Counted from the first letter of the stretch, positions 19,069 through 28,600 are shown. The stretch is 64,000 nt of DNA from Candidatus Staskawiczbacteria bacterium (GCA_016196125.1 JACPYG010000004.1:138-64137), one strand, 5' to 3'. Numbers and translations are program-made. The notes: generated by a model from the letters alone, not told the origin.

Positions 19069-19494
19069 TTATTCTTTTATTTCTATGCCCATATTTTTTG
19101 CTGTTCCGGCAATTATTTTCATTGCCTGCTCAATATCTTTGGTGTTTAGGTCTTCTATTTTTTTCTGGGCAATTTCTTTTATCTGAGATTTCGTTACTGT
19201 GCCCACTTTCTTTTTATTGGGGGTACCAGAACCTTTTTCAATGCCAGCCGCCTTTTTTAATAATTCTGAAGCCAGGGGTGATTTAAGCCTATAAGTATAG
19301 GTTCTATCAGCATATATGGTTACCGAAGTCGGAACTATAAAACCCGACATTTCTTTTGTCGCATCATTAAATTTCTGGCAGAATTCTCCCATATTTAATC
19401 CGTATTTAGCCAAAGCTGGCCCAATCGGAGGAGCCGGAGTCGCCTTGCCTGCCGGAATTTGTATGTCTACTACTGCTTTTATTTCTTTTGCCAT
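19069..19494 (-). CDS. rplK: ribosomal protein L11
   Basis: MAKEIKAVVDIQIPAGKATPAPPIGPALA. Start taken at 19494 rather than 19554. Confidence 0.95.
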   Translation of the reverse strand: MAKEIKAVVDIQIPAGKATPAPPIGPALAKYGLNMGEFCQKFNDATKEMSGFIVPTSVTIYADRTYTYRLKSPLASELLKKAAGIEKGSGTPNKKKVGTVTKSQIKEIAQKKIEDLNTKDIEQAMKIIAGTAKNMGIEIKE

Positions 19495-19501
19495 AACTTT
19501 T

Positions 19502-20050
19502 TTATAATTTTTTAATTTGCAATGAATCAAGCTCAACCGGCGTATCCCTGCCAAACATATTAATTAATACCTTAATTTTGCCCTTTTCCTGGTCTATTTC
19601 CGAAACTCTCCCTTCAAAACCTTTAAATGGCCCGTCTGTAATTTTAACATTGGCGCCAATCTCAACATCAATTGTAAATTGCGGTTCTGTTCCAACTTCC
19701 ATTCTTTTCATTAAGTCGTCAATATCACGTTTTGAAACTGGGATTGGGGTGGTTTCAGCCCCTAAAAATCCTGTTACCCTTGGAGTATTTCTAACCACAT
19801 ACCACGAAGCGTCGTCTACTATCATTTCCACCAGCACATAACCGGGGTAAATTTTTTCTTCAATTGTTTTTCTTTTTCCGTTTTTAATTTTTATCTTTCT
19901 TTCTTTGGGAACAATAACATTAAAAATTTTATCTTCCATGCCCAAACTATCAATCCTTTGTTTAAGGTTTTTGGCAACCGCATCCTCGTATCCGGAATAA
20001 GTATGTATCACATACCAATTTTTTTCTTGCTCTATTACTTGTTTTGGCAT
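19502..20050 (-). CDS. nusG: transcription antitermination factor NusG
   Basis: KNWYVIHTYSGYEDAVAKNL, C-terminal KOW (VKITDGPFKGFEGRV). Confidence 0.95.
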   Translation of the reverse strand: MPKQVIEQEKNWYVIHTYSGYEDAVAKNLKQRIDSLGMEDKIFNVIVPKERKIKIKNGKRKTIEEKIYPGYVLVEMIVDDASWYVVRNTPRVTGFLGAETTPIPVSKRDIDDLMKRMEVGTEPQFTIDVEIGANVKITDGPFKGFEGRVSEIDQEKGKIKVLINMFGRDTPVELDSLQIKKL

Positions 20051-20064
20051 AAAATTTTTAAATT

Positions 20065-20259
20065 TTACTTAACAATAAATCTTTTTAGAAGTTCTGCAAA
20101 AAAATAATCCAGCCCGCCCAAAAAAGCAGATACAACTATAATGACTGCCACTATGATTATTGTGTATCGCAAAGCCTCTTTACTCGAAAGCCAGCTTACT
20201 CTTTTTAACTCAACATAAACTTCTTTTAAAAAATGTTTAACTTTTTCTATTATATTCAT
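20065..20259 (-). CDS. secE: preprotein translocase subunit SecE
   Basis: 64 aa with a single C-terminal TM helix. Conserved position upstream of nusG. Confidence 0.8.
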   Translation of the reverse strand: MNIIEKVKHFLKEVYVELKRVSWLSSKEALRYTIIIVAVIIVVSAFLGGLDYFFAELLKRFIVK

Positions 20260-20290
20260 GTCTTAATTATATCTGATTTTTTCAGTTTTT

Positions 20291-20314
20291 AAAACGGCCT
20301 TTTCGGCCGCTTTT
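20291..20314. terminator. weak bidirectional hairpin between GIY-YIG and secE
   Basis: cggcc-ttttc-ggccg flanked by aaaa and tttt. Confidence 0.3.
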
Positions 20315-20354
20315 ATATTTACCCTTATATTAGCCGATGCAAATTAACAAGTCA

Positions 20355-20665
20355 ACCCTTCACCCTCCCCTCAATCTGTTTATCAAAGCAACATGAGCAT
20401 TGCCACCTTTCAGTTGCCTTTCTCTTTTTTGAGCAATTTTTCTATCTTTGTAAGATTCATAATAAATTAATTCCAATGGTCTTCTATAAAAAGTGGCTCT
20501 AACATTACCTAAAACATGTTCTTTAAATCTATTTTTTAAATCTTTTGTAAAACCAATATAATGTCTTTTATCCTTTTTACTTTGTAAAACGTAAACATAG
20601 AACATGTTTTAATGGTTGATTATATAAAAATTGTTCAAAAAAATTTATACCTTAGGGTGAAGGGT
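20355..20665. mobile_element. inverted-repeat-flanked GIY-YIG mini-cassette
   Basis: acccttcaccct (20355-20366) and agggtgaagggt (20654-20665) form a perfect 12-bp GC-rich inverted repeat. They bracket only the 81-aa ORF. Confidence 0.5.
20360..20605 (-). CDS. GIY-YIG nuclease family protein (81 aa)
   Basis: MFYVYVLQSKKDKRHYIGFTKDLKNRFKEH carries the GIY...YIG signature. Confidence 0.85.
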   Translation of the reverse strand: MFYVYVLQSKKDKRHYIGFTKDLKNRFKEHVLGNVRATFYRRPLELIYYESYKDRKIAQKRERQLKGGNAHVALINRLRGG

Positions 20666-20671
20666 CAAGAC

Positions 20672-21913
20672 CTATTTAGGCCTGTAAAATCTTCTTGTGT
20701 GTCCTTGAAAATGATGTTTTTCCCTGCTGTCTTGCTGTATAGATTGAATTGGCCGTGGAGCCGGGAGTTCGGGCAATTGTGAAATCTTCAACATAGATTG
20801 TATTAATCTTTCTATTTCCATAATTTTATTTCTCTGTTCTATCATCACAAAAGAAATGGCGCGACCAGCCATGCCGGCCCTGCCTGTGCGCCCTATTCTG
20901 TGCACATAATCGCCAGCTGATTCCGGAAGGTCGTAATTAATAACCAACTCAATGCCCTTTACATCAATGCCGCGGGAAGCGATGTCGGTTGCAACAAGAA
21001 CCCTGTATTTTCCTAACTTAAAACCGTCTAAGGCTTCCCTCCTCTGGGCAAGCGATCTGTTGGAATGTATTTCGGCAGTGGCTATTCCCATATTTCTAAC
21101 GTCCCTGCATATTTTTTTTGCCCCGAATTTAGTGCGACAAAAAACCAAAACACTTCCTTTATATTCTAAAAGCAATTTATCCAAAAGCCTGTTTTTTTGG
21201 TCTTTTTTCACAATAAAAAGCTCGTGTTCAACTTTTTTTGCCGCAGTCCCCTGGCGGTCTATTTCTACTCTCACTGGAAGTTTCATATGGCTGGTGGCAA
21301 TTTTAACAATGTTTTCGGGCATTGTTGCCGAAAACAGCATAGTTTGCCTGTCTTTTGATGTGGCTTGCAATATCTGTTTTATTTGCGCAGCAAAACCCAT
21401 ATCAAACATGCAATCGGCTTCATCTAAAACCAAAACCGTAACATCGTGAAAACTTAATGTTTTTTGCTGTAAGTGGTCAATAATTCTTCCGGGAGTGCCG
21501 ATTATAATATGGGGCTTATTTCTAATAGCCTGCAACTGTTGGCTCATTGAACTTCCGCCAATCAGCACAGCCGTTTTCAAGCCAAAAGGACGCCCTATTT
21601 TTTGCAGCATTTCGTTGCTTTGCAGAGCCAACTCGCGAGTTGGCAAAATGATCAATCCCTTTCCCCTATTTGCCTGTAAAATGCGCTGAATCATTGGAAT
21701 GCCAAGCGCCAAGGTCTTGCCAGTTCCTGTTTGGGCAATGCCTACAATATCTTTTCCTTGTATAGCCACAGGAATTGCTTTTCGCTGAATAGGAGTTGGA
21801 GTTTTAAAATTTAATTGGTCTAAAACAGCAAGCATTTTGGGAGCTATGCCAAGACCGCCAAAACCATGTTCCGGATTATCGCTTAGAGAGTGCTCTGTTT
21901 TCGTATTTATCAT
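20672..21913 (-). CDS. DEAD-box ATP-dependent RNA helicase
   Basis: AQTGTGKT, DEAD (VLDEADCM), SAT, HRIGRTGRAG. Confidence 0.95.
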   Translation of the reverse strand: MINTKTEHSLSDNPEHGFGGLGIAPKMLAVLDQLNFKTPTPIQRKAIPVAIQGKDIVGIAQTGTGKTLALGIPMIQRILQANRGKGLIILPTRELALQSNEMLQKIGRPFGLKTAVLIGGSSMSQQLQAIRNKPHIIIGTPGRIIDHLQQKTLSFHDVTVLVLDEADCMFDMGFAAQIKQILQATSKDRQTMLFSATMPENIVKIATSHMKLPVRVEIDRQGTAAKKVEHELFIVKKDQKNRLLDKLLLEYKGSVLVFCRTKFGAKKICRDVRNMGIATAEIHSNRSLAQRREALDGFKLGKYRVLVATDIASRGIDVKGIELVINYDLPESAGDYVHRIGRTGRAGMAGRAISFVMIEQRNKIMEIERLIQSMLKISQLPELPAPRPIQSIQQDSREKHHFQGHTRRFYRPK

Positions 21914-21991
21914 ATACCTTGATTATACACCCGTTGGCAGTGTTTGTCAAGTTGAATAGGGCGAAAATAAGGATATTTTCTCTTAAATAAT

Positions 21992-22246
21992 TTAGAAGCC
22001 AAGTCTGGAGTTCATTAAACTTTTTGCCAAAGTTTTCTGTATATTTTCCCTCGCCTCATTTAGCGCCTCTTTTAAGGCATCTTGCTGATTTTCTAAACTT
22101 AACTCTGTGTTTAACTTTATATTTTCAACTTCAAAGTTGCCATTCATCGTAACTGCCACTCCCCTTTTTTCAACAGTCAAGCGCTCCTTTTTGAAGTCTT
22201 CTTGAATCTTCTTTAACTTATGTAAATTTCTAAGATTGTCGAACAT
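21992..22246 (-). CDS. ybaB: YbaB/EbfC family nucleoid-associated protein
   Basis: 84 aa. Pattern KKIQEDFKKERLTVEKRGVAVTMNGNFEVENIKL is typical of the family. Confidence 0.7.
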   Translation of the reverse strand: MFDNLRNLHKLKKIQEDFKKERLTVEKRGVAVTMNGNFEVENIKLNTELSLENQQDALKEALNEARENIQKTLAKSLMNSRLGF

Positions 22247-22249
22247 AAT

Positions 22250-22957
22250 TTATTTTTTCTTATTGTTTAATCTATTTATTTCTTCTTGAATTTCTTTTAT
22301 AACTTCCTTATTACCAATTTCTCCATCTAAGCTAAAGATTATAAATACTTTTCCTTTATATTTTTTCTCAAAATCAATAAAATTTTTCTTCATCCTTTCT
22401 GATATAGAATAATTACCGAAATTTGCTTTAGCTGTAATTGGTTTAATTTGTATACCAAAAGCATACTTACCGACAAATCCTAAGTAATCTATATCGCCAG
22501 CATGGTCTAAATCGGTTTCACTTTCAACAAAATTTACGTCTGGAAAATATTTTGACAATTCATCATTTACTACTGATTTTTCACGAATAAAACCATCGTA
22601 AGTACGATTTATTGTTAAATTATAAATATAATCTATACAGTCCTGTAGTGATAATTCGCTAAATGCTGATTGCCATTCGGGAATCACAACTTCTGTAATT
22701 TTTTCATGCAAACGTTCGCCCAATTCTTTCAAAACGTCTGTGGTTATTTTTACTGGTTCTTTATTTTCAGTATAAGCCTTTTCGAAGTACCATTTTTCCC
22801 ATTCATCTATTATTTTAGGTTGACATTCTCTTATAAGCGCCATAACCGCGCCAACTTTATTTGGTCGCGATAATTGGTAAGTCTGGCAGGCATAATTTAA
22901 AACTTTTTCTTTTTTACCAAATTCCATAGAAAACTTTTTAGAAGTTTTATTTGACAT
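22250..22957 (-). CDS. putative type II restriction endonuclease (PD-(D/E)xK-like)
   Basis: Overlaps the methyltransferase by 11 nt. Candidate catalytic DHAGDIDYLG...FGIQIKP. Possibly MjaI-like, which I cannot verify. Confidence 0.5.
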   Translation of the reverse strand: MSNKTSKKFSMEFGKKEKVLNYACQTYQLSRPNKVGAVMALIRECQPKIIDEWEKWYFEKAYTENKEPVKITTDVLKELGERLHEKITEVVIPEWQSAFSELSLQDCIDYIYNLTINRTYDGFIREKSVVNDELSKYFPDVNFVESETDLDHAGDIDYLGFVGKYAFGIQIKPITAKANFGNYSISERMKKNFIDFEKKYKGKVFIIFSLDGEIGNKEVIKEIQEEINRLNNKKK

Positions 22958-24236
22958 AATTATATTTTAGTAAACTATTAAATTTATTCTTATACTTGTA
23001 TTCCATTTCTGTATTAGGCAAAGCAAATCCATCTTTAATCATATGTGCGTTAATAAAAGTTTTATTTTGTAAATAAAGATAACATAACAAATTATTATAT
23101 TTATCGTATTTTAAAGCATCAAATTTCATAAAAACCCTCTGTCCCTTAGTTTTATTAATTAAATACTCCACTGCTTCACCATTAATTTTTGGATTTTCTT
23201 TTATTCCGAGTAAACGAATTATTAAACCATTATTTAAGAGTATTTTTTCTGGGTCTAATATTTCTTTAACAGTATAAAATTCATCTTTTATATCATAGCT
23301 GTTTTTATCTATTTTTGATCCAAATTGTAATTTTTTGAGATCTATCTTTTTATCTAATTTGTGGGGGTCTTTAAATATGTAAGGTAATTGATTTATTCTT
23401 TCATCAAAGTTAATATTTTTTGGCGCGTCGACAAATTCTAATGAATCGTTCTTAGAATTAATAACACCTATTTTATTTTTTATAATTGTTAGGAATTCTT
23501 GGTTAATTTCGTATCCAACTGAGTTTCTGCTAAGATTTTTTGAAACCAAAGAAGTTGTTCCACTCCCCAAGAATGGATCCAATACTGTATCGCCAACAAA
23601 TGAAAACATTTTTATTAGTCTTCTTGGTAATTCTTCTGGAAATACTGCTATATGCCCATCCTGTCTCGCCCCTCCAAAATTCCAATGACCTTGAAAATAT
23701 TGATTCCACTCCTCTTTAGTTAGTTTAGATTCTTCTTTTATTATTCTATCAACTTTTGGTCCATCGCTTTGTTTTTTAAATATTAGAATAAATTCATAAT
23801 CTAATTTTATAATTCCATTTCTTGGATAAGGGAAACTACCCATTATTGTAGCTCCTCCGGTAGTATTCATAGTAGTAGTTTTTTGCCAAATGATTGAACC
23901 CATATAATCAAATCCTATTGTTTCGCAGAACTTAATTATCTCTGTTCTTATTGGAATAACCTTATAGCGACCATAATAAACAGCACGAGCAAATTGATCG
24001 CCAATATTTATGCAAAGACGACAACCATTTTCTAAAACTCGATGACATTCATTCCAAACTAAGTTTAAATAGTTAATATATTTTTCGTAACTATCATTAA
24101 AACCAATCTGATTATCTGAGCCATAATCTTTTAGTTGCCAATATGGAGGTGATGTAATAATAAGTTGAATAGAGTTATCTTTTAACTCTTTCATATCCCT
24201 TGAGTCACTTATTATAATTTTATGATTGGTTTTCAT
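22947..24236 (-). CDS. beta-class N4-C/N6-A DNA methyltransferase with C-terminal SNase-like domain
   Basis: Motif IV ITSPPYW lies near the N-terminus and motif I DPFLGSGTT lies later. The last 90 aa or so (GEAVEYLINKTKGQRVFMKFD...NNLLCYLYL...NAHMIKDGFALP) resemble a thermonuclease fold. Confidence 0.8.
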   Translation of the reverse strand: MKTNHKIIISDSRDMKELKDNSIQLIITSPPYWQLKDYGSDNQIGFNDSYEKYINYLNLVWNECHRVLENGCRLCINIGDQFARAVYYGRYKVIPIRTEIIKFCETIGFDYMGSIIWQKTTTMNTTGGATIMGSFPYPRNGIIKLDYEFILIFKKQSDGPKVDRIIKEESKLTKEEWNQYFQGHWNFGGARQDGHIAVFPEELPRRLIKMFSFVGDTVLDPFLGSGTTSLVSKNLSRNSVGYEINQEFLTIIKNKIGVINSKNDSLEFVDAPKNINFDERINQLPYIFKDPHKLDKKIDLKKLQFGSKIDKNSYDIKDEFYTVKEILDPEKILLNNGLIIRLLGIKENPKINGEAVEYLINKTKGQRVFMKFDALKYDKYNNLLCYLYLQNKTFINAHMIKDGFALPNTEMEYKYKNKFNSLLKYNYVK

Positions 24237-24298
24237 TTCTTTTTTTCTTATATAATTTTACCTTTTACTAATAGAAAATTCAATGCAATACTCGAATT

Positions 24299-24323
24299 AA
24301 AAAAACAAGGACAAATGCCTTGT
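24299..24323 (-). terminator. rho-independent terminator after gyrB
   Basis: In minus sense ACAAGG-CAUUUGU-CCUUGU is followed by U7. Confidence 0.6.
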
Positions 24324-24353
24324 TTTTAGATCATAAAATTTTGTTTTATAAAA

Positions 24354-26477
24354 TTAAATATCCAAATTCTTCACGCTCTTTGCGTGCGTCTGGATGAACT
24401 TCTTTCTTGGACCTACTTCCTCGCCCATTAGAATATCAAATATTTTATCGGCTTCTCTGGCTTCCTCAACTTTCACCTGCAATAACAATCTGTTTTCCGG
24501 ATTCATTGTTGTTTCCCAAAGCTGTTCGGCATTCATTTCTCCCAAACCCTTATACCTTTGAATTGATATATTTTTATCTTTACCAATTTCTTTTACAAGT
24601 TTGTCTTTTTGCTCGTCATTGTAAGCATAACTTATGCTTTTTCCTGATTGAATTTTGTAAAGCGGCGGCTGGGCTATGTAAATATAACCCGCCTCAACTA
24701 TTGATTTAAAGTATCTGTAAAACAATGTCAAAAGCAAAGTTCTAATATGAGCTCCGTCAACATCGGCATCGGTCATGATTACTATGCGGTGATATCTTAA
24801 TTTTTCTATGTCAAAATCTTCGGCTACTGCGGTACCCAAGGCAATAATCAAAGATTTAATTTCTTTTGAAGCCAGCATTTTGTCTAATCTGGCTCTTTCC
24901 ACATTTAATATTTTACCCCTTAAAGGCAATATTGCCTGAAATCCCCTGTCTCTGGCTTGCTTGGCCGAACCTCCGGCCGAATCTCCCTCAACTATGTAAA
25001 GTTCTGAATCTTCCGGCTTTTTTGACAAGCAATCAGCCAATTTTCCCGGCAAAGCCAAACCCTCTAAAATTCCCTTTCTCAAAACTGTCTGGCGGGCCGC
25101 TTTGGCCGCCAATCTTGCTTTTGTGGCCAAAAGGCAGTTTTCAACAACAGCTCTGGCATCTTGGGGATATCTTTCTAAATAATCGGCCAATCCTTCCGAA
25201 ACTGCCGTTTCTACAGCGTTTTTAGCTTCTGGATTGCCTAATTTTGCTTTTGTTTGGCCTTCAAACTGCGGAGTTCTTATTTTTACAGAAACAACGGCCG
25301 TTAAGCCTTCTCTTACGTCGTCACCGGTAAAATTTTCATCTTTTTCTTTTAAAAATCCTTCCCGCCTTGCATAGTCATTTAAGCATCTTGTTAATGCAGT
25401 GCGAAAACCGGAAATATGAGTTCCGCCGTCAATGGTGTAAATGTTATTGGCAAAAGATTCTTCGGCGCATTCCATTTCTTGGGTATATTGGAAAGCGGCC
25501 TCTACATAAACATCATTTTTTGACACAGCAACCGAAAACACGTTTGGGTGGCGCGGCGTATTGCTTTGGACCAAGTATTTCACATAAGAAGAAACTCCTC
25601 CTTCAAAATAAAAAGTGTAGCTTGATTCTTTGCCTTTTATTCTTTCATCAGCCAAAGAAATTTTTACCCCTTTTGTTAAATATGCCTGCTGGCGCAAATG
25701 GTTCATAATTCTTTTTGCGTCGTATTTTATTTCTGGAAAAATTTGCGGGTCTGCGTCAAAGGCAACAGAAGTTCCTGTTTTTTTGCTGTCGCCTGCTTTT
25801 TTAACCGGCGACTTGGGTATTCCCCTGAAATATTCTTGAACATATTTTCCGCCGTCTCTTTGAACCTCGGCTTCCATAAAGGTAGACAAAGCGCAAACAA
25901 CCGAAACTCCAACGCCGTGCAATCCGCCCGAAACTTTATAGGCATCTCCGCCAAACTTGCCTCCTGCGTGCAGGGTTGTCATAACCGTTTCTAAAGCCGA
26001 CTTTTTTGTATCTGCGTGTTTTTCTACCGGAATGCCTCTGCCGTCGTCGGAAATTTTTACTCTGTTGTTTGGCAACAAAACAACCTCAATGCTTTTGGCA
26101 TATCCTGCCATTGCTTCGTCGAGTGAATTATCTACCACTTCCCAAATTAAGTGATGAAGCCCGTCTATGCCAGTTGAACCAATATACATTCCCGGCCTTT
26201 TTCTTACGGGTTCCAAACCCTTTAAAACATAAATGTCTTTAGCGGTGTATTCATCGTCTTTTTTGATTTTCTTTGGTTCCGGAGGCGCATATGCGACTGT
26301 TGATTCTTGCTTAACCTCGGCCTTTTCCGCCTTGGGTGGAATCCCGCCAGAGGCGGCGGTCTTTTCCCATGGCTTTGCCTTTGGGCTTTTATCCTTATCT
26401 TTTTTTATTTTCTTTCCTCGCCCTTCCGAAGCCTTGGCGAATGAGGGTTCTTCTGCGTCTTTTATATTTATTTTCAT
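24354..26477 (-). CDS. gyrB: DNA gyrase subunit B with a Lys/Pro/Ala-rich N-terminal extension of about 75 aa
   Basis: VLKGLEPVRKRPGMYIG, GGLHGVG, EGDSAGG, PLRGKILNV, 707 aa. Confidence 0.95.
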   Translation of the reverse strand: MKINIKDAEEPSFAKASEGRGKKIKKDKDKSPKAKPWEKTAASGGIPPKAEKAEVKQESTVAYAPPEPKKIKKDDEYTAKDIYVLKGLEPVRKRPGMYIGSTGIDGLHHLIWEVVDNSLDEAMAGYAKSIEVVLLPNNRVKISDDGRGIPVEKHADTKKSALETVMTTLHAGGKFGGDAYKVSGGLHGVGVSVVCALSTFMEAEVQRDGGKYVQEYFRGIPKSPVKKAGDSKKTGTSVAFDADPQIFPEIKYDAKRIMNHLRQQAYLTKGVKISLADERIKGKESSYTFYFEGGVSSYVKYLVQSNTPRHPNVFSVAVSKNDVYVEAAFQYTQEMECAEESFANNIYTIDGGTHISGFRTALTRCLNDYARREGFLKEKDENFTGDDVREGLTAVVSVKIRTPQFEGQTKAKLGNPEAKNAVETAVSEGLADYLERYPQDARAVVENCLLATKARLAAKAARQTVLRKGILEGLALPGKLADCLSKKPEDSELYIVEGDSAGGSAKQARDRGFQAILPLRGKILNVERARLDKMLASKEIKSLIIALGTAVAEDFDIEKLRYHRIVIMTDADVDGAHIRTLLLTLFYRYFKSIVEAGYIYIAQPPLYKIQSGKSISYAYNDEQKDKLVKEIGKDKNISIQRYKGLGEMNAEQLWETTMNPENRLLLQVKVEEAREADKIFDILMGEEVGPRKKFIQTHAKSVKNLDI

Positions 26478-26550
26478 TATTTTATTTTTAATTAACGAAT
26501 AATAATCCTGACAGCTTTGCTATCGAGGATCCGCGATAATTAATTCTTTT

Positions 26551-27690
26551 TTATCTTATTATTGCGTCAAGCTCCTGTTTAGTCTTATCTATAATTTTGT
26601 CATGAATTTTGTTAACTTCTTGGTCTGTTAAAGTTTTTTCTAACGACCTGTAAACTATGTGAAAAGTGTAAGATTTTTTATCTTTTCCGAATTTTTCTTC
26701 ATTTTCATAGCTATCCATAAGCTTTACCTCTTCAATTAAATTCTCATCCAAGTCGCGCACCAGCTCGTAATAATTATTCAAATTTATATTTTTATCAATA
26801 ATAAATGAAATATCTCTTGAAATTTCCGGATATTTACTGACTTCTTTATATTTGTTATTTATATTCTTCAGTTGGTTGGTTATTCTTGCGTCATTTGACC
26901 AAAAAATTCTAATATCCGGAATTTCCATTTTGGCAATGGCTAATCTTTCCAAACCAAATCCATAAGCCCAACCGTTGTAATATTCCAAACCGAAATTTTT
27001 CAGCACGCTTTTTTTGGGCATTCCTCCACCCAAAAGTTCCAGCCATTTTCCATTAAATTCTATTTCCACTTCTAGTGAAGGGTCGGTATACGGAAAAATA
27101 TCCTCATTAAACCTGAATTTTACATTTGGGCCGAAGATGCTTTTTACAATAAGCGACAAGGCATTTTTTAAGTCGTCTAAAACAAGGATTTTTTGGCTGT
27201 CTGGCACAAGATATAAACCCCCCATTTGATGAAATACATTCATATGGTGCCTGTCTATTTCATCTTTACGGTACACTTTTCCGTAGCAGAAAACTCCGAG
27301 TGATGCATTTTTATTTATTCTATCTTTTATTTCTGGTTCATTTAGATAATAGTGCCACATGACGGTATCATGAGTTCTCAAAACATTGTTGCTATCTACA
27401 TAATACGTATCCGATTCACTACGGGCGGGATGGTCTTTTGCAAAATCAAAAAGATCAAAAAGAATGTTAGTGGGTATTATTTCTGGTATTTGGATTACGT
27501 CAAAGTCTTTGAATTCTTCAATATTTATTACCGCATCAATTAAAGATTTTAAAGGGCTGCCATTTGTGCGTGACAAATCTGGTAGAGCCATTAATCTCTT
27601 AATTCTTTCTGATTTAACATCTGTTCTTTTGTTTAATTCTTTAATTAAATCGCTCTCTTTTGCGTCATTTATTATAATATTTTTGCGCAT
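26551..27690 (-). CDS. pheS: phenylalanyl-tRNA synthetase, single-chain mitochondrial type (catalytic core plus FDX-ACB domain)
   Basis: Motif 2 YRKDEIDRHHMNVFHQMGG, motif 3 GWAYGFGLERLAI. The C-terminus SKYPEISRDISF...LIEEVKLMDSYENEEKFGKDKKSYTFHIVYRSLEKTLTDQEV parallels the C-terminal anticodon-binding domain of human FARS2. ATG at 27690. Confidence 0.8.
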   Translation of the reverse strand: MRKNIIINDAKESDLIKELNKRTDVKSERIKRLMALPDLSRTNGSPLKSLIDAVINIEEFKDFDVIQIPEIIPTNILFDLFDFAKDHPARSESDTYYVDSNNVLRTHDTVMWHYYLNEPEIKDRINKNASLGVFCYGKVYRKDEIDRHHMNVFHQMGGLYLVPDSQKILVLDDLKNALSLIVKSIFGPNVKFRFNEDIFPYTDPSLEVEIEFNGKWLELLGGGMPKKSVLKNFGLEYYNGWAYGFGLERLAIAKMEIPDIRIFWSNDARITNQLKNINNKYKEVSKYPEISRDISFIIDKNINLNNYYELVRDLDENLIEEVKLMDSYENEEKFGKDKKSYTFHIVYRSLEKTLTDQEVNKIHDKIIDKTKQELDAIIR

Positions 27691-27820
27691 ATATTTTGAC
27701 TTATTACCCCATTTTACCTCAAAAATATGATAAAAGCAACCTCTCAAAACACAACATTAAATTCGATTTATTGATTACCCCACTTCCAGCTCACTATTAT
27801 TTTGAATTAAAAAAAATCAA

Positions 27821-28600
27821 TCAAATTAAAAACCAACCATTTTCTTTCGCCTTGGCAGCTAAAGCATTGCTCCTGTCAACAACTACTTTTATTTTACAGT
27901 ATTCCAGCATGGCTAAATCATATATGCTATCTCCCGCTCCAAATAGCGGTTTTTTTTCGGGGTCTATAAATTTTTTAATACATTCCACTTTTCCTTCAAA
28001 CATTGATAATGGTTTTTCTAACTCGGCAGTAAATTTACCATCAATCATAGTATTTCGGACGCCTATAACTTTAGTCTTAATATCAAAACGTTTTATGACT
28101 TCCTTTACTAAAACCTCAATGGAAGCGGTAATAATCCAAACTTCAATGCCACTGTTTTTAAGCAGGTCAATAAGCCCAATAATATGCTCTCTTGGTTTAA
28201 TTCCTTTGGCAACTTCTCTGCCAAATAAATTGTATTTAGTTATGTCTTTGCCTTCAAAATCTATAACTTTACTGACGAGTAAGCTAATTTCATTGACGTT
28301 AAATCCGCTTAAAATTTTTGATATAAATTGGTAGGCTTCTTTAACTTGATTTTCTTTTAATAAATGATAATAGTTATCAAAAACGGCTTTGGAATACATT
28401 TCACTCCCCGCATCTTCAAAATTAACTTCCAGAAGATTTTTATCTCTGAATAAATTATTGCTTGCCATATAAGCTAAAGTTGCTTCAGTGATATCATTTG
28501 CGATGCAAGTATTATCAAAATCAAACACCGCAAAAGCAGGCAATGTTGATTGCTTAATGATGGTAATGATTTTTTGATAGAATAAATTTACATCTGTCAT
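27821..28600 (-). CDS. HAD-superfamily hydrolase (subfamily IB-like)
   Basis: FAVFDFDNTCI (DxDxT) and C-terminal GAGDSIYD. Confidence 0.7.
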   Translation of the reverse strand: MTDVNLFYQKIITIIKQSTLPAFAVFDFDNTCIANDITEATLAYMASNNLFRDKNLLEVNFEDAGSEMYSKAVFDNYYHLLKENQVKEAYQFISKILSGFNVNEISLLVSKVIDFEGKDITKYNLFGREVAKGIKPREHIIGLIDLLKNSGIEVWIITASIEVLVKEVIKRFDIKTKVIGVRNTMIDGKFTAELEKPLSMFEGKVECIKKFIDPEKKPLFGAGDSIYDLAMLEYCKIKVVVDRSNALAAKAKENGWFLI

